Of a stretch of 64,000 bases of DNA, positions 55,059 through 64,000 are shown piece by piece. Under the pieces are notes generated by a model. That model ran no database searches and was not told where the DNA came from. It saw nothing but the letters and a program-made list of their open reading frames with translations. Every line of letters starts with the position of its first letter. Position 1 is the first letter of the stretch. The translations under genes were made by a program, and so were the position numbers. The DNA comes from a virus, in the IMG/VR virus record IMGVR_UViG_3300043409_001427, positions 1 through 64,000 of that record, one strand, 5' to 3'.

Positions 55059-57620
55059 ATGGCAGATGAAGTAATTAGTGGTGGTCAACAGATAGCATCA
55101 GAAGCAACTTTGCAACGGTTATTAGACTCCGTCGCCGGAAGTGGTGATTCGTCTGCCGCTCTCAAAATTAAAGAGTTAGGTGAAAAATCAAAAGTTGCGG
55201 GTAAAGAACTTGAGCAGTTTAAAGATTGGATTGGTAAAACTATAGAAGCATCTTCTGCGTTAACCAAATCTTTTATTTCAGGGACCGCAACAACTAGTCA
55301 AATGGCAGGTGTGTTAGGAACTTTACCGGGACCAATTGGATTAGTGTTTCAAGGCCTAAGTAAACTAGCAGGTTTCCAAGAACAAGCTATGACACAATAT
55401 CAGGTCATGAGCAAAGCTGGTATTAGTTTTGGAGGCAGCTTAACCGAGATGCGTAAGGCCGCCGCCGATACACACATGACATTAGAACAATTTGCTTCTT
55501 TTATGAAAAACAATGCCGCCGATATGATAAGATTGGGCGGTAGTGCAAATGAAGGAGCAAAGGCATTTAGATTGTTGAGTAATGAATTATTAACTAGCCC
55601 AGCTGGTGCAAATTTACAAGCACTGGGTTATACCACTGAAGAAGTTAATCAAGGTATGATTAACTATATTGCAATGACTGGTGGCAGAACTAAAGAAGAA
55701 TTAAAAAACTCTAAAGAAGTTACTGCCGGCGCTCAAAATTATCTAGAACAGATGGATAGACTTGCAGATATAACAGGTAAGACTAGAGATGAACTACAAA
55801 AAGAATTAAAACAAAAACAAGAAGTCGCTGATATAGAATTATATAAAGCATCACTTAGCAAAGAAGATCGAGAAAAGTTCAGCGCAGTTTATAATGATGC
55901 ACTAGCAAAATATGGACAAGGTGCTGCCGATAATGTATTGGCACAGGCACAAGGACGAGCAGTGACAACAGAGGCAGGCAAAAAATATGCCGCACTTGCC
56001 CCACAAGCCGCTAATGCATTAAAAGATCAATACAACATGACGATGCAATATGGTGCAAAAAGCGCCCAGGCTCGTCAAGCAGAAGACAATGCTAGACTAT
56101 CAAATAGAGATGCTTTCCAAAGATTTTCTGGTACGCTAGCATCTTCCACTGACCTATTAAAAGGAAATGAATCAGCCGCAATACGAGCCGCAAAAGATAC
56201 GGCGGCAGGCATGACCACTCAGAAAGCACTAACTGATGCAGAAAAATCAAGAGATGCCGCTAAAGCAGAACAAGTAGAAAGCGAAGCTAAGTCAATGGCT
56301 ATAGCAAATCAGAATTTAAAAGAGTTTAGTTCTGTAATATTATCATTTATTAGTCCATTCATCAGCGCATTAACTCCGCTTATTTCAGGATTAAGTTATT
56401 TGACGCCTATTATAGGTACAGTTGCCGCCGTGTTAGTAGCAGTAAAAGTTGCCGGAATGGCAGTTGCGGCTTGGGAATGGCAAAAGCTAGCGGTCGCCAA
56501 AGCAAAAGCTGCGTTTCAAGGCGGCGGCGCTAAAGGAGTTGCCTCAATGCTACTTGGTGCAAAAGGCGGCGCGGCCCCAACAGTTCCAACACCTCCTGCT
56601 ACTGGACCACTTGCTGCCGCTAAAGGCGGTGGTGGCGGGTTTATTGACTTTATCAAATCTCTAGGTAGGGGACTTGCAAGTCTAGCACCTATTGCTGTTC
56701 CTATGTTGATTGGTGCTGCCGCAGTTTCGGGTGTTATTGCATTACTGGGTCTAGGTATTGCAGCCGCAATAGCGTTAATTGGTTTAAGTTTACCTGTGTT
56801 TGCCAAAGGATTAAAAGACATTGCAGAGATTGACGGCATGAACTTATTAAAGGTTGCCGCAGGTATAACAGCACTAGGATTTGCGATGGTTGCGTTTACC
56901 GCAGGCAGTGTTGTTGGGGGACTAGGAGCAATTGGTGCTAAAGTATTAAACTTCTTTTCCGGTGGTGGCCCAATTGGATTAATTAAAGATTCAGTAAATG
57001 AACTTAGTCCGATATTGCCGCAATTGCTTGCCCTTGGACCAGCATTACAAACATTTTCAACAAGTTTGAATGCAGGGTTTAGCGGTATAGATACTGCTAA
57101 GTTACAAGAGTTAGCTTCTGGTATTAGTTCACTAGGATCATCTTTAGTTGCATTTTCCGGAGCTACAGTTGCCGCAGGATTGGCGGGAGCAGGATCACAA
57201 ATTATTAGTTTCTTTACTGGTGGTGGACCAATTGCACAGATTAAAACTACAGTTGCCGAACTAAGTCCATTAATACCATCAATGCAGGCATTGGGACCTG
57301 CATTAAGCAACTACTCGTCTGCAATAGTTAGTTTTGGTAAAGCAGTTAGCGGTGTTGATATTGCCAAAGCAGAAAAATTAAAAGAAGCAATGAAAGGTCC
57401 GGGACTAGCTGAATCTATCAGTAGTGCCGCTGGCAAAATGGTTTCGGCTACAGCAAACCTAGTATCAGGCCAACAAGGGTCTGGAGAAAAAACTAGTTTG
57501 GCCTTAACTACATTAAATAACACTATAAATGATTTAAAAGTTATCATGAGAGAAGTGGCTGAAAACACTAAGAATAATGTCAATGCTACTAAGAAACTCA
57601 ATGGTAATCTATTTGCGTAA
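55059..57620 (+). CDS. tail tape measure protein
   Basis: 853 aa, helical Ala/Gly-rich, TM-like segments, LADITGKTRDEL motif, next to the chaperone genes. Confidence 0.8.
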   Translation: MADEVISGGQQIASEATLQRLLDSVAGSGDSSAALKIKELGEKSKVAGKELEQFKDWIGKTIEASSALTKSFISGTATTSQMAGVLGTLPGPIGLVFQGLSKLAGFQEQAMTQYQVMSKAGISFGGSLTEMRKAAADTHMTLEQFASFMKNNAADMIRLGGSANEGAKAFRLLSNELLTSPAGANLQALGYTTEEVNQGMINYIAMTGGRTKEELKNSKEVTAGAQNYLEQMDRLADITGKTRDELQKELKQKQEVADIELYKASLSKEDREKFSAVYNDALAKYGQGAADNVLAQAQGRAVTTEAGKKYAALAPQAANALKDQYNMTMQYGAKSAQARQAEDNARLSNRDAFQRFSGTLASSTDLLKGNESAAIRAAKDTAAGMTTQKALTDAEKSRDAAKAEQVESEAKSMAIANQNLKEFSSVILSFISPFISALTPLISGLSYLTPIIGTVAAVLVAVKVAGMAVAAWEWQKLAVAKAKAAFQGGGAKGVASMLLGAKGGAAPTVPTPPATGPLAAAKGGGGGFIDFIKSLGRGLASLAPIAVPMLIGAAAVSGVIALLGLGIAAAIALIGLSLPVFAKGLKDIAEIDGMNLLKVAAGITALGFAMVAFTAGSVVGGLGAIGAKVLNFFSGGGPIGLIKDSVNELSPILPQLLALGPALQTFSTSLNAGFSGIDTAKLQELASGISSLGSSLVAFSGATVAAGLAGAGSQIISFFTGGGPIAQIKTTVAELSPLIPSMQALGPALSNYSSAIVSFGKAVSGVDIAKAEKLKEAMKGPGLAESISSAAGKMVSATANLVSGQQGSGEKTSLALTTLNNTINDLKVIMREVAENTKNNVNATKKLNGNLFA

Positions 57621-57635
57621 TTAAAGGATACTAAA

Positions 57636-59342
57636 TTGTCTTGGAAAAAATTCTTTACTCCAGTTGATGTAAGTGGAAAACTGGGCCCGATCAGCGGGAA
57701 CATGTCCACCGGCGGCAATATGCCTGGTCGAACAAATTATTCTAGTTATCTGCCTGATATCTATGCTGGACATCCTAATCGTTTAGAACGATATGGTCAG
57801 TACGATACCATGGACACGGACAGCGAGGTTAATGCCGCATTTGATATTTTGGCTGAGTTTTGTACACAGTCAAATGATGAGAATGGAACACCGTTTCAAA
57901 TCTTTTTTAAAGAACAGGCAACACAAACGGAAATTAAAATCATTAAGAAATATCTACAACAGTGGACTAGACTGAATCATTTCCAAATCCGCATGTTTAA
58001 GATCGTTCGCAATGCATTTAAGTATGGTGACACTTTCTTTGTAAGAGATCCGGAAAATCAATCGTGGATGTATATTGATCCCGCTAAGGTAGATAAAATC
58101 ATCGTAAACGAAAGCGATGGTAAGAAACCCGAGCAATATTTTATCCGTGACTTTAACCCTAACTTAGAGACACTGGCAGTGACTGCTATTCAACCCACTA
58201 ATGCAAATGGTGGAGGTAGTAGTTATGGTTCAGGAAATACCGGCGCAGGTGGTAGCAGAGGTATGACAGGGTCGGTTCCCCAAGCAACTGGAAGCCGCTT
58301 TACACAAAATCAAAATCAATATGCAATAGATGCTCGCCATGTGATTCATATTAGCATGAGCGAAGGATTAGATAACAACTATCCATTTGGAAATAGTCTA
58401 ATGGAAGGTATTTTTAAAGTATTCAAACAAAAAGAATTACTTGAAGATAGTATTCTAATCTATCGTATACAGAGAGCGCCTGAGCGCAGAGTATTCTACA
58501 TTGATGTAGGAAATATGCCAAGTCACTTGGCTATGAGCTTTGTTGAGCGTGTTAAAAATGAAGTTAACCAACGCCGCATACCTAGTGTAACTGGCGGGTC
58601 ACAAAGCGTTATTGATGCAAGTTACAACCCTTTAAGCATTAACGAAGATTACTTCTTTCCTCAAACAGCAGAAGGTCGAGGAAGTAAAGTTGAAATCCTT
58701 CAAGGCGGTCAAAACTTAGGAGAGATCGATGATCTTAGATATTTTACTAATAAGCTATTTCGTGCTTTACGCATACCTTCAAGTTATCTACCTACCGGGT
58801 CTGACGACGGAGGATCTAACTTCAATGATGGTCGAGTTGGCACCGCGTACATTCAAGAATTAAGATTTAACAAGTATTGCGAACGACTACAAAGTCTATT
58901 AAACGGACCGTTTGATAACGAATTTAAATTGTATCTACATACACAAGGTGTAAATGTAGACAGCAATGTATTTGAAATCCAGTTTAATCCTCCGCAAAAC
59001 TTTGCCGCTTATCGTCAAGCAGAGATGGATACTGCCCGTGTTAATACATTTAACACTATGATAGCAGTTCCGATGATCAGCAAACGATTTGCAATGAAGC
59101 GTTTCTTAGGTATGACTACAGAAGAAGTTGCAGAGAATGAAAAACTATGGAAAGAAGAAAATGTTGATGAAGATCAATATCTAAGTGCTAGTAGCGAACT
59201 AAGAAGCGCAGGAATTACAGCAAACGGTATGGCCGCAGACTCTTCAGCATTAAGTTCTAGTGCTCTACCCCCAGAAGATCCAGCAGCCGATCCCACTGCC
59301 GCCGCAGAACCCGCCCCAGCAACTCCGCCAGCGGCAGCATAA
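57636..59342 (+). CDS. gp20: portal protein gp20
   Basis: LLEDSILIYRIQRAPERRVFYIDVGNMP, EDYFFP, LFRALRIPSS; TTG start with AAGGA SD. Confidence 0.96.
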   Translation: MSWKKFFTPVDVSGKLGPISGNMSTGGNMPGRTNYSSYLPDIYAGHPNRLERYGQYDTMDTDSEVNAAFDILAEFCTQSNDENGTPFQIFFKEQATQTEIKIIKKYLQQWTRLNHFQIRMFKIVRNAFKYGDTFFVRDPENQSWMYIDPAKVDKIIVNESDGKKPEQYFIRDFNPNLETLAVTAIQPTNANGGGSSYGSGNTGAGGSRGMTGSVPQATGSRFTQNQNQYAIDARHVIHISMSEGLDNNYPFGNSLMEGIFKVFKQKELLEDSILIYRIQRAPERRVFYIDVGNMPSHLAMSFVERVKNEVNQRRIPSVTGGSQSVIDASYNPLSINEDYFFPQTAEGRGSKVEILQGGQNLGEIDDLRYFTNKLFRALRIPSSYLPTGSDDGGSNFNDGRVGTAYIQELRFNKYCERLQSLLNGPFDNEFKLYLHTQGVNVDSNVFEIQFNPPQNFAAYRQAEMDTARVNTFNTMIAVPMISKRFAMKRFLGMTTEEVAENEKLWKEENVDEDQYLSASSELRSAGITANGMAADSSALSSSALPPEDPAADPTAAAEPAPATPPAAA

Positions 59343-59350
59343 ATACTAAC

Positions 59351-59596
59351 ATGATACTAAGAGAATTCATTTATTTCGATCGCGATCACAGAGATCCTCA
59401 AGAGGACAATCGGTACAATAGTCAAAATGATACCAGCATTCTTAAGAGTAAAGACCTGCGTAAGACTCGGTTAACACTCCGTATGATCAACGATATTCGT
59501 AAAGCTGCCGAAGCCCACGATAAAGAAAAGCGTGAAGAACTTGGTCTAGTTAGAAAAATGTACGCCGCACCTCCTCCAGAAGCCGCCCCTATATAA
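59351..59596 (+). CDS. small prohead-associated protein
   Basis: MILRE...RKTRLTL..IN; TAAATA at 59340. Confidence 0.7.
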   Translation: MILREFIYFDRDHRDPQEDNRYNSQNDTSILKSKDLRKTRLTLRMINDIRKAAEAHDKEKREELGLVRKMYAAPPPEAAPI

Positions 59597-59789
59597 ATAT
59601 AGTAAACTACAAACATAAGTTTTGTTATCAAAAACTAAATATTTTTAACAAAACTTGTCAATTCCAGGATCAAATCCTCGGACTTTCTTGCCAGAACGGC
59701 TCGTTTTTGGCCTATTTCGCATACTAAAATTAACTATGCTGTAAATACCATACAGCATTGCCGCTACCATAATAGGAGAATTTATTAAC

Positions 59790-60806
59790 ATGTCTACAAA
59801 ATTTGAAGAGTTGCTTGATCTTTTGATTAACGAAGAACACGAAAAAGCCAATGAGCTTTTCCATGAGATCGTTGTTGAAAAGTCTCGCTCAATATACGAA
59901 AACCTTATCGCCGAAGAAGAGGATGAGGAAGCCGACGAGAGTCAAGAAGATGATGATGAGTCTGTAGAAGAAGCTTCTGAAGAAGAAGACGAATCCGTAG
60001 ATGAAAGTGCCGACGAAGAAGCCGACGAAAGTGTAGACCTAGAAGATAGCTACATGATGGACGCTGGAGACGAGCATGACGACGGTCTTGGTGGTGACGC
60101 TACTGACGACCTAGGTGCAGAAATTGGTGCTACAGATGGCGCTGGTGAAGAAGATCCAGAATCGTCTGAAGAACAAGCAATTTTTGATATCAAGAACGCA
60201 ATTGAAGAATTAGAAGCAGCCTTTGCTGACCTAGAAGCATCTCAAGGTGCTGAAGCTGGTACAGACTTCGGTGACGAAGAAGGCGACGATGATTCCGAAA
60301 TGGGGTCCGACGATGAAATGATGGGTCAACCAGCATTTGAAGGTCGTAAACTTCGTGAGTACTCAGAAAAAGTTGGAAACGACTGGGAAAAGAACAGCCA
60401 AAAAACTGACGGTGATGAAGCTGGTGCAGGCACCGGTGAAAAGATGAGCCGACCAGTTGCAGGTAAAAGCCCAGTAAGTTCCGGTAAAGGTAAGCCTACA
60501 ACAGGTGCTACTGCTAAGAACATTCTAGGCGACCAGAAAGTTGGTCAAGGTAAGAATACCGGCGACCGTCCTGATAGCCTAAACAAAGGTATTGCACAAG
60601 TTAGCGGTGAAAAACTAGCTAATGGCATGCAGAATGTTGATGGTAAGAAGTCAGGTGTTAAGACATTGTCTAAACAAGGTGCTGGATATCCTGGTAATAA
60701 CAAGTCCGCTGGCCCAGTAGGTTCCGGAACAGGCGACAAAGCAGGACAAACAAGCGTTGGTAATGTAAAGAGCCCAATCAACGGTGCTCCTAACCGCAAC
60801 GCCTAA
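59790..60806 (+). CDS. acidic prohead core/scaffold protein
   Basis: Very acidic with repeated ESVEE/ESVDE protease-type sites; AGGAG SD; lies between portal and protease. Confidence 0.7.
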   Translation: MSTKFEELLDLLINEEHEKANELFHEIVVEKSRSIYENLIAEEEDEEADESQEDDDESVEEASEEEDESVDESADEEADESVDLEDSYMMDAGDEHDDGLGGDATDDLGAEIGATDGAGEEDPESSEEQAIFDIKNAIEELEAAFADLEASQGAEAGTDFGDEEGDDDSEMGSDDEMMGQPAFEGRKLREYSEKVGNDWEKNSQKTDGDEAGAGTGEKMSRPVAGKSPVSSGKGKPTTGATAKNILGDQKVGQGKNTGDRPDSLNKGIAQVSGEKLANGMQNVDGKKSGVKTLSKQGAGYPGNNKSAGPVGSGTGDKAGQTSVGNVKSPINGAPNRNA

Positions 60807-60819
60807 TTAGAGAAACTGG

Positions 60820-61452
60820 ATGAAAAAAATAGCTTACTTAAGAGAACACCTTAGTTTTGATCAGTCCGGCATCGTAATGGAGTCGGACGATAAAGATGGT
60901 AAGACTCTTCATTTGAAGGGAATTGCAATTCAAGGTGGAATCCGTAATGCTAATCAAAGAGTTTACCCCGTAGACGAAATTGAAAGAGCCGTTAAATCGC
61001 TGAATGACCAAATTCAAAATGGTTATTCAGTGTTAGGCGAAGTTGATCATCCAGATGATCTTAAAGTGAATTTAGACCGTGTCAGCCACATGATTACAAA
61101 TATGTGGATGGAAGGTCCAAACGGCTATGGAAAGATGAAAATACTTCCTACGCCGATGGGAAATTTAGTCCGCACCATGCTTGAAAGCGGTGTAAAACTT
61201 GGTGTTAGTTCTCGTGGTAGTGGCAATGTCAACGACATGAACGGCCATGTATCCGATTTTGAGATTATCACTGTGGACATAGTAGCCCAGCCCAGCGCCC
61301 CTGGTGCTTATCCTACCCCCGTGTACGAACATTTAATGAACGCCCGCGGCGGTATGAGAGCATTCAAGGTTGCTACTGAAGTAAAAGAAGATCCCAAGGC
61401 CCAAAAATATCTACAAGAATCGATCTTGCAGATCATCAAAGGTCTAAAATAA
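60820..61452 (+). CDS. gp21: prohead protease gp21
   Basis: NANQRVYP, GEVDHP, VSH, GVSSRGSG, DIVAQPSAPGA. Confidence 0.95.
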   Translation: MKKIAYLREHLSFDQSGIVMESDDKDGKTLHLKGIAIQGGIRNANQRVYPVDEIERAVKSLNDQIQNGYSVLGEVDHPDDLKVNLDRVSHMITNMWMEGPNGYGKMKILPTPMGNLVRTMLESGVKLGVSSRGSGNVNDMNGHVSDFEIITVDIVAQPSAPGAYPTPVYEHLMNARGGMRAFKVATEVKEDPKAQKYLQESILQIIKGLK

Positions 61453-61469
61453 TGCCCGAGGAGAAATAT

Positions 61470-62561
61470 ATGTTGGACGCATTCAAACAATTAGTTGAGT
61501 CAGGCGTAATGACAGAAGAGACAACTCAAGTTGTTGAGGCTGCTATTGCCGCTAAAATTCAAGAGAATCGCGACCAAGTAACCGCAGAACTTCGTGAAGA
61601 ATTTGCTCAAAAATACAATCAAGACAAGAGCTTGATCGTAGAAGCAGTCGACAAGATGTTAAGCGAACGATTGGCCGTTGAGATGACAGAATTGTATTCT
61701 GACAAACAAGCCTTAGCCGAAGCAAAACTAGCATATCAAAAAAAGATTGCTGGAGATGCTAAGAAACTAGAAGGATTTGTTATTAAACAATTAGGAAAAG
61801 AATTGGTCGAGTTCCAAGGAGACCGTAAGAAAGTTTCTGAGAACTTCGCTAAGTTAGAGCAATTTGTAGTTCATGCTCTATCGAAAGAGATCAAAGAATT
61901 TGCCACTGATAAGAAGGATCTAGCTGAAACGAAAGTTAAGTTAGTTCGTGAAGCTAAGAGCAGATTTAACGATATTAAGCATAACTTTATTAAACAAAGT
62001 GCTAAAGTAGTTGAGACAGCAGTAACTAAAAAGTTAACAACTGAAATCAAGCAATTGAAAGAAGATATTGACTCTGCTCGTAACAATGATTTTGGTCGTA
62101 AAATTTATGAAGCATTTGCACAAGAGTTTGCCGGTTCCTATCTAAACGAGAAATCTGAAACAAGTAAATTGTTAAAGATCATCGAGAAGAAAGAACATGA
62201 ACTAGCAGAAGCAAAAACCGCAGTAACTGAAAAGAATTCTCTAGTAGAATCCGCAAACCGCGAAATTCGAATCACAAAAGATTTGATGGAGCGCAAGCAA
62301 GTTATGGGCGAATTGTTAGCACCGTTAAGTGCTGATAAGCGAGCGTTAATGAAAGAACTTCTTGAGTCGACCTCGACAAAGAAACTTACAGAATCGTTTG
62401 ACAAATACCTACCAGCAGTTATGGAAGGCCAGAGGAAAGTAGTTGCTCCACAAAAAGCAATGTTATCTGAAGGTACAGAAGTAACCGGAAATCGTGAAGT
62501 TAAGCCCGAGGTAGGCTTAGATAACATTTTAGACATCCGCAAATTAGCGGGTCTAAAATAA
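61470..62561 (+). CDS. gp22: prohead scaffold protein gp22
   Basis: Long coiled coil between protease and MCP; GAGGAG SD before ATG 61470. Confidence 0.85.
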   Translation: MLDAFKQLVESGVMTEETTQVVEAAIAAKIQENRDQVTAELREEFAQKYNQDKSLIVEAVDKMLSERLAVEMTELYSDKQALAEAKLAYQKKIAGDAKKLEGFVIKQLGKELVEFQGDRKKVSENFAKLEQFVVHALSKEIKEFATDKKDLAETKVKLVREAKSRFNDIKHNFIKQSAKVVETAVTKKLTTEIKQLKEDIDSARNNDFGRKIYEAFAQEFAGSYLNEKSETSKLLKIIEKKEHELAEAKTAVTEKNSLVESANREIRITKDLMERKQVMGELLAPLSADKRALMKELLESTSTKKLTESFDKYLPAVMEGQRKVVAPQKAMLSEGTEVTGNREVKPEVGLDNILDIRKLAGLK

Positions 62562-62588
62562 TTTTAATATTCAAGGAGAAGACATAAA

Positions 62589-63776
62589 ATGTCACAACTA
62601 TTAAATGAAAGATGGTCAGAGACCAAAGAAGCTCTGCTTGAAGGCCTATCTGGTAACCGTAAAGCATCTATGAGCGTATGCTTAGAGAATACTCGTCGGT
62701 ACTTGGGTGAGTCTGCATCAGCAGGTGCAACAAGCGCCGGTAATGTAGCAACACTTAACCGTGTTATTCTACCAGTTATCCGTCGTGTTATGCCAACAGT
62801 TATTGCCAACGAAATCATCGGCGTTCAGCCAATGACAGGCCCTGTTGGTCAGATCCACACATTGCGTGTTCGTTATGCTGATTCTAGCAACGAAGTTAGC
62901 GCAGGTGAAGAAGCATTGAGCCCATTCAAAATTGCTCAAGCATATTCTGGTAACGACAACAGCACAACCCCTCGTGCTGCTGCCACAAGTACTTTAGAAG
63001 GTACACCAGGTAAGCGTATGAGCATTCAAATCTTGAAAGCAGCCGTAGAAGCTAAGTCACGCAAGCTATCAGCTCGTTGGACATTCGAGGCAGCACAAGA
63101 TGCACAAGCTCAACAAGGTATCGATATCGAAGCAGAAATCATGGCCGCTTTAGCACAAGAAATTACTGCTGAAATCGACCAAGAGATCCTAGCAAGCCTA
63201 CGCGGGTTGGCAAGTGTTGAAGAAACATATGACCAAGCACTAGTGTCTGGTACAGCCACATTCGTTGGTGACGAGCATGCCGCTCTAGCTATTCAGATCA
63301 ATCGTGTTGCTAACTTAATTGCTCAGCGTACACGCCGTGGTTCTGCAAACTGGGCTGTTGTTTCTAACCAAGCATTGACAATCCTACAATCTGCTACTAC
63401 AAGCGCATTTGCTCGTACAACAGAAGGTACATTTGAAGCTCCTACAAACACTAAGTTTGTTGGTACATTGAATGGTGCAATGCGTATCTATGTAGATGCA
63501 TATCTACCAGATAGCGGTTCACAGGGAATCGAAGACAACCAAGTTCTAGTTGGATACAAAGGTACCAGCGAGGCTGATGCAGCCGCGTTCTATTGCCCAT
63601 ACATTCCTCTAATGAGCTCTGGTGTGGTTCTAGATCCAGCAACATTCGAACCAGTAGTTGGCTTCTTAACACGCTACGGCTATGTTGAGTTGACAAACAC
63701 AGCGTCTAGCTTAGGCAACGCCGCTGACTACCTAGGCAAAGTGTCTATCAATTCTGATAACACAAGCTTCAAGTAA
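62589..63776 (+). CDS. gp23: major capsid protein gp23
   Basis: IRRVMP..IANEIIGVQPMTGPVGQI, AKSRKL.ARWT.EAAQD, AAFYCPYIPL, TRYG. Confidence 0.97.
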   Translation: MSQLLNERWSETKEALLEGLSGNRKASMSVCLENTRRYLGESASAGATSAGNVATLNRVILPVIRRVMPTVIANEIIGVQPMTGPVGQIHTLRVRYADSSNEVSAGEEALSPFKIAQAYSGNDNSTTPRAAATSTLEGTPGKRMSIQILKAAVEAKSRKLSARWTFEAAQDAQAQQGIDIEAEIMAALAQEITAEIDQEILASLRGLASVEETYDQALVSGTATFVGDEHAALAIQINRVANLIAQRTRRGSANWAVVSNQALTILQSATTSAFARTTEGTFEAPTNTKFVGTLNGAMRIYVDAYLPDSGSQGIEDNQVLVGYKGTSEADAAAFYCPYIPLMSSGVVLDPATFEPVVGFLTRYGYVELTNTASSLGNAADYLGKVSINSDNTSFK

Positions 63777-63801
63777 TCACAAAGAACTGCTTTATAGCAA
63801 A

Positions 63802-63834
63802 AACAGGAAACCCGCGTTATGCGGGTTTTTTGTT
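63802..63834 (+). terminator. intrinsic terminator after MCP
   Basis: AAACCCGC-GTTAT-GCGGGTTT followed by a T run. Confidence 0.9.
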
Positions 63835-63857
63835 GGACCTAATATCTGCAAACTTGC

Positions 63858-63938
63858 TAAATAATCATGTTCACCCCGTAAGGGAGTTTATGCGGTCCCC
63901 ACCGCGTAGGCAATAGAACTGTCTAACAATTTAAGGAG
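63858..63938 (+). promoter_or_regulatory. late promoter plus structured 5' UTR
   Basis: TAAATA (63858), three-way junction 63869-63919, SD AAGGAG at 63933. Confidence 0.65.
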
Positions 63939-63945
63939 AAACAAA

Positions 63946-64000
63946 ATGGGACGCCCTATTAAAAAACAATTTTTTGGAAATTTAAACCTAGGTGCTGCAA
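63946..64000 (+). CDS. N-terminal fragment of a late (probably structural) protein MGRPIKKQFFG..., truncated by window end
   Basis: Strong SD, ATG at 63946, open to the end of the window. Confidence 0.65.
   Translation, partial: MGRPIKKQFFGNLNLGAA

Noticed and set aside
56516-57310. 264-aa antisense ORF in the tape measure gene and similar shadow ORFs (14888-15466, 22415-22900, 53254-53648)
   Set aside because: Antisense shadows of codon-biased or repetitive genes with no motifs or RBS
57600-57620. GNLF clamp-like motif at the tape measure C-terminus
   Set aside because: Lacks the upstream Phe, and a virion structural protein has no reason to bind the clamp; likely coincidence
59690-59711. 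Hairpin GCCAGAACG-GCT-CGTTTTTGGC in the head-gene intergenic region
   Set aside because: Single imperfect stem with no U-tract or further structure; too little support to call a function
1-64000. Stop-codon reassignment
   Set aside because: Genes including a 12-kb ORF are intact under code 11, and TAA, TGA and TAG all end genes at sensible positions

Overview
The window is a 64-kb segment of a large T4-superfamily (probably jumbo-type) myophage genome in the standard genetic code. From left to right it carries five blocks. (1) A replication and DNA-modification operon: family-B DNA polymerase, sliding clamp, DpdA-like guanine transglycosylase, QueD-like protein with the DpdL signature, GT-B glycosyltransferase, cupin, PRTase, MazG, QueE and RNase H-type 5' nuclease, interrupted by an opposite-strand radical SAM gene. 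(2) A MoxR AAA+/VWA-metallopeptidase pair, then DHFR and ThyA. (3) A 26-kb minus-strand baseplate/tail block that includes a 4040-aa wedge protein, gp6, gp25, gp5 with a GH19 domain, hub, gp53 and gp48. (4) Late sigma gp55, gp47/gp46, Hc1-like basic proteins and a GIY-YIG nuclease followed by about 450 nt of highly structured non-coding sequence. (5) Two low-complexity putative internal head proteins, tail-assembly chaperones with a -1 slippery site, tape measure, portal, prohead core, protease, scaffold and major capsid protein. Early promoters are sigma70-type (TTGAC[A/T]-N17-TATA[C/A]T) and late promoters are T4-like TAAATA. Best candidates for new biology: (a) a clamp-tethered 7-deazaguanine DNA-modification pathway with an extra glycosyltransferase and cupin; (b) a large ncRNA downstream of the GIY-YIG gene that shares a GCCRCAAA hairpin loop with a twin-hairpin operator in front of the polymerase gene; (c) a G/GT-type frameshift in gp26/gp51-like genes. 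All family assignments come from motif recognition by eye, with no database searches.
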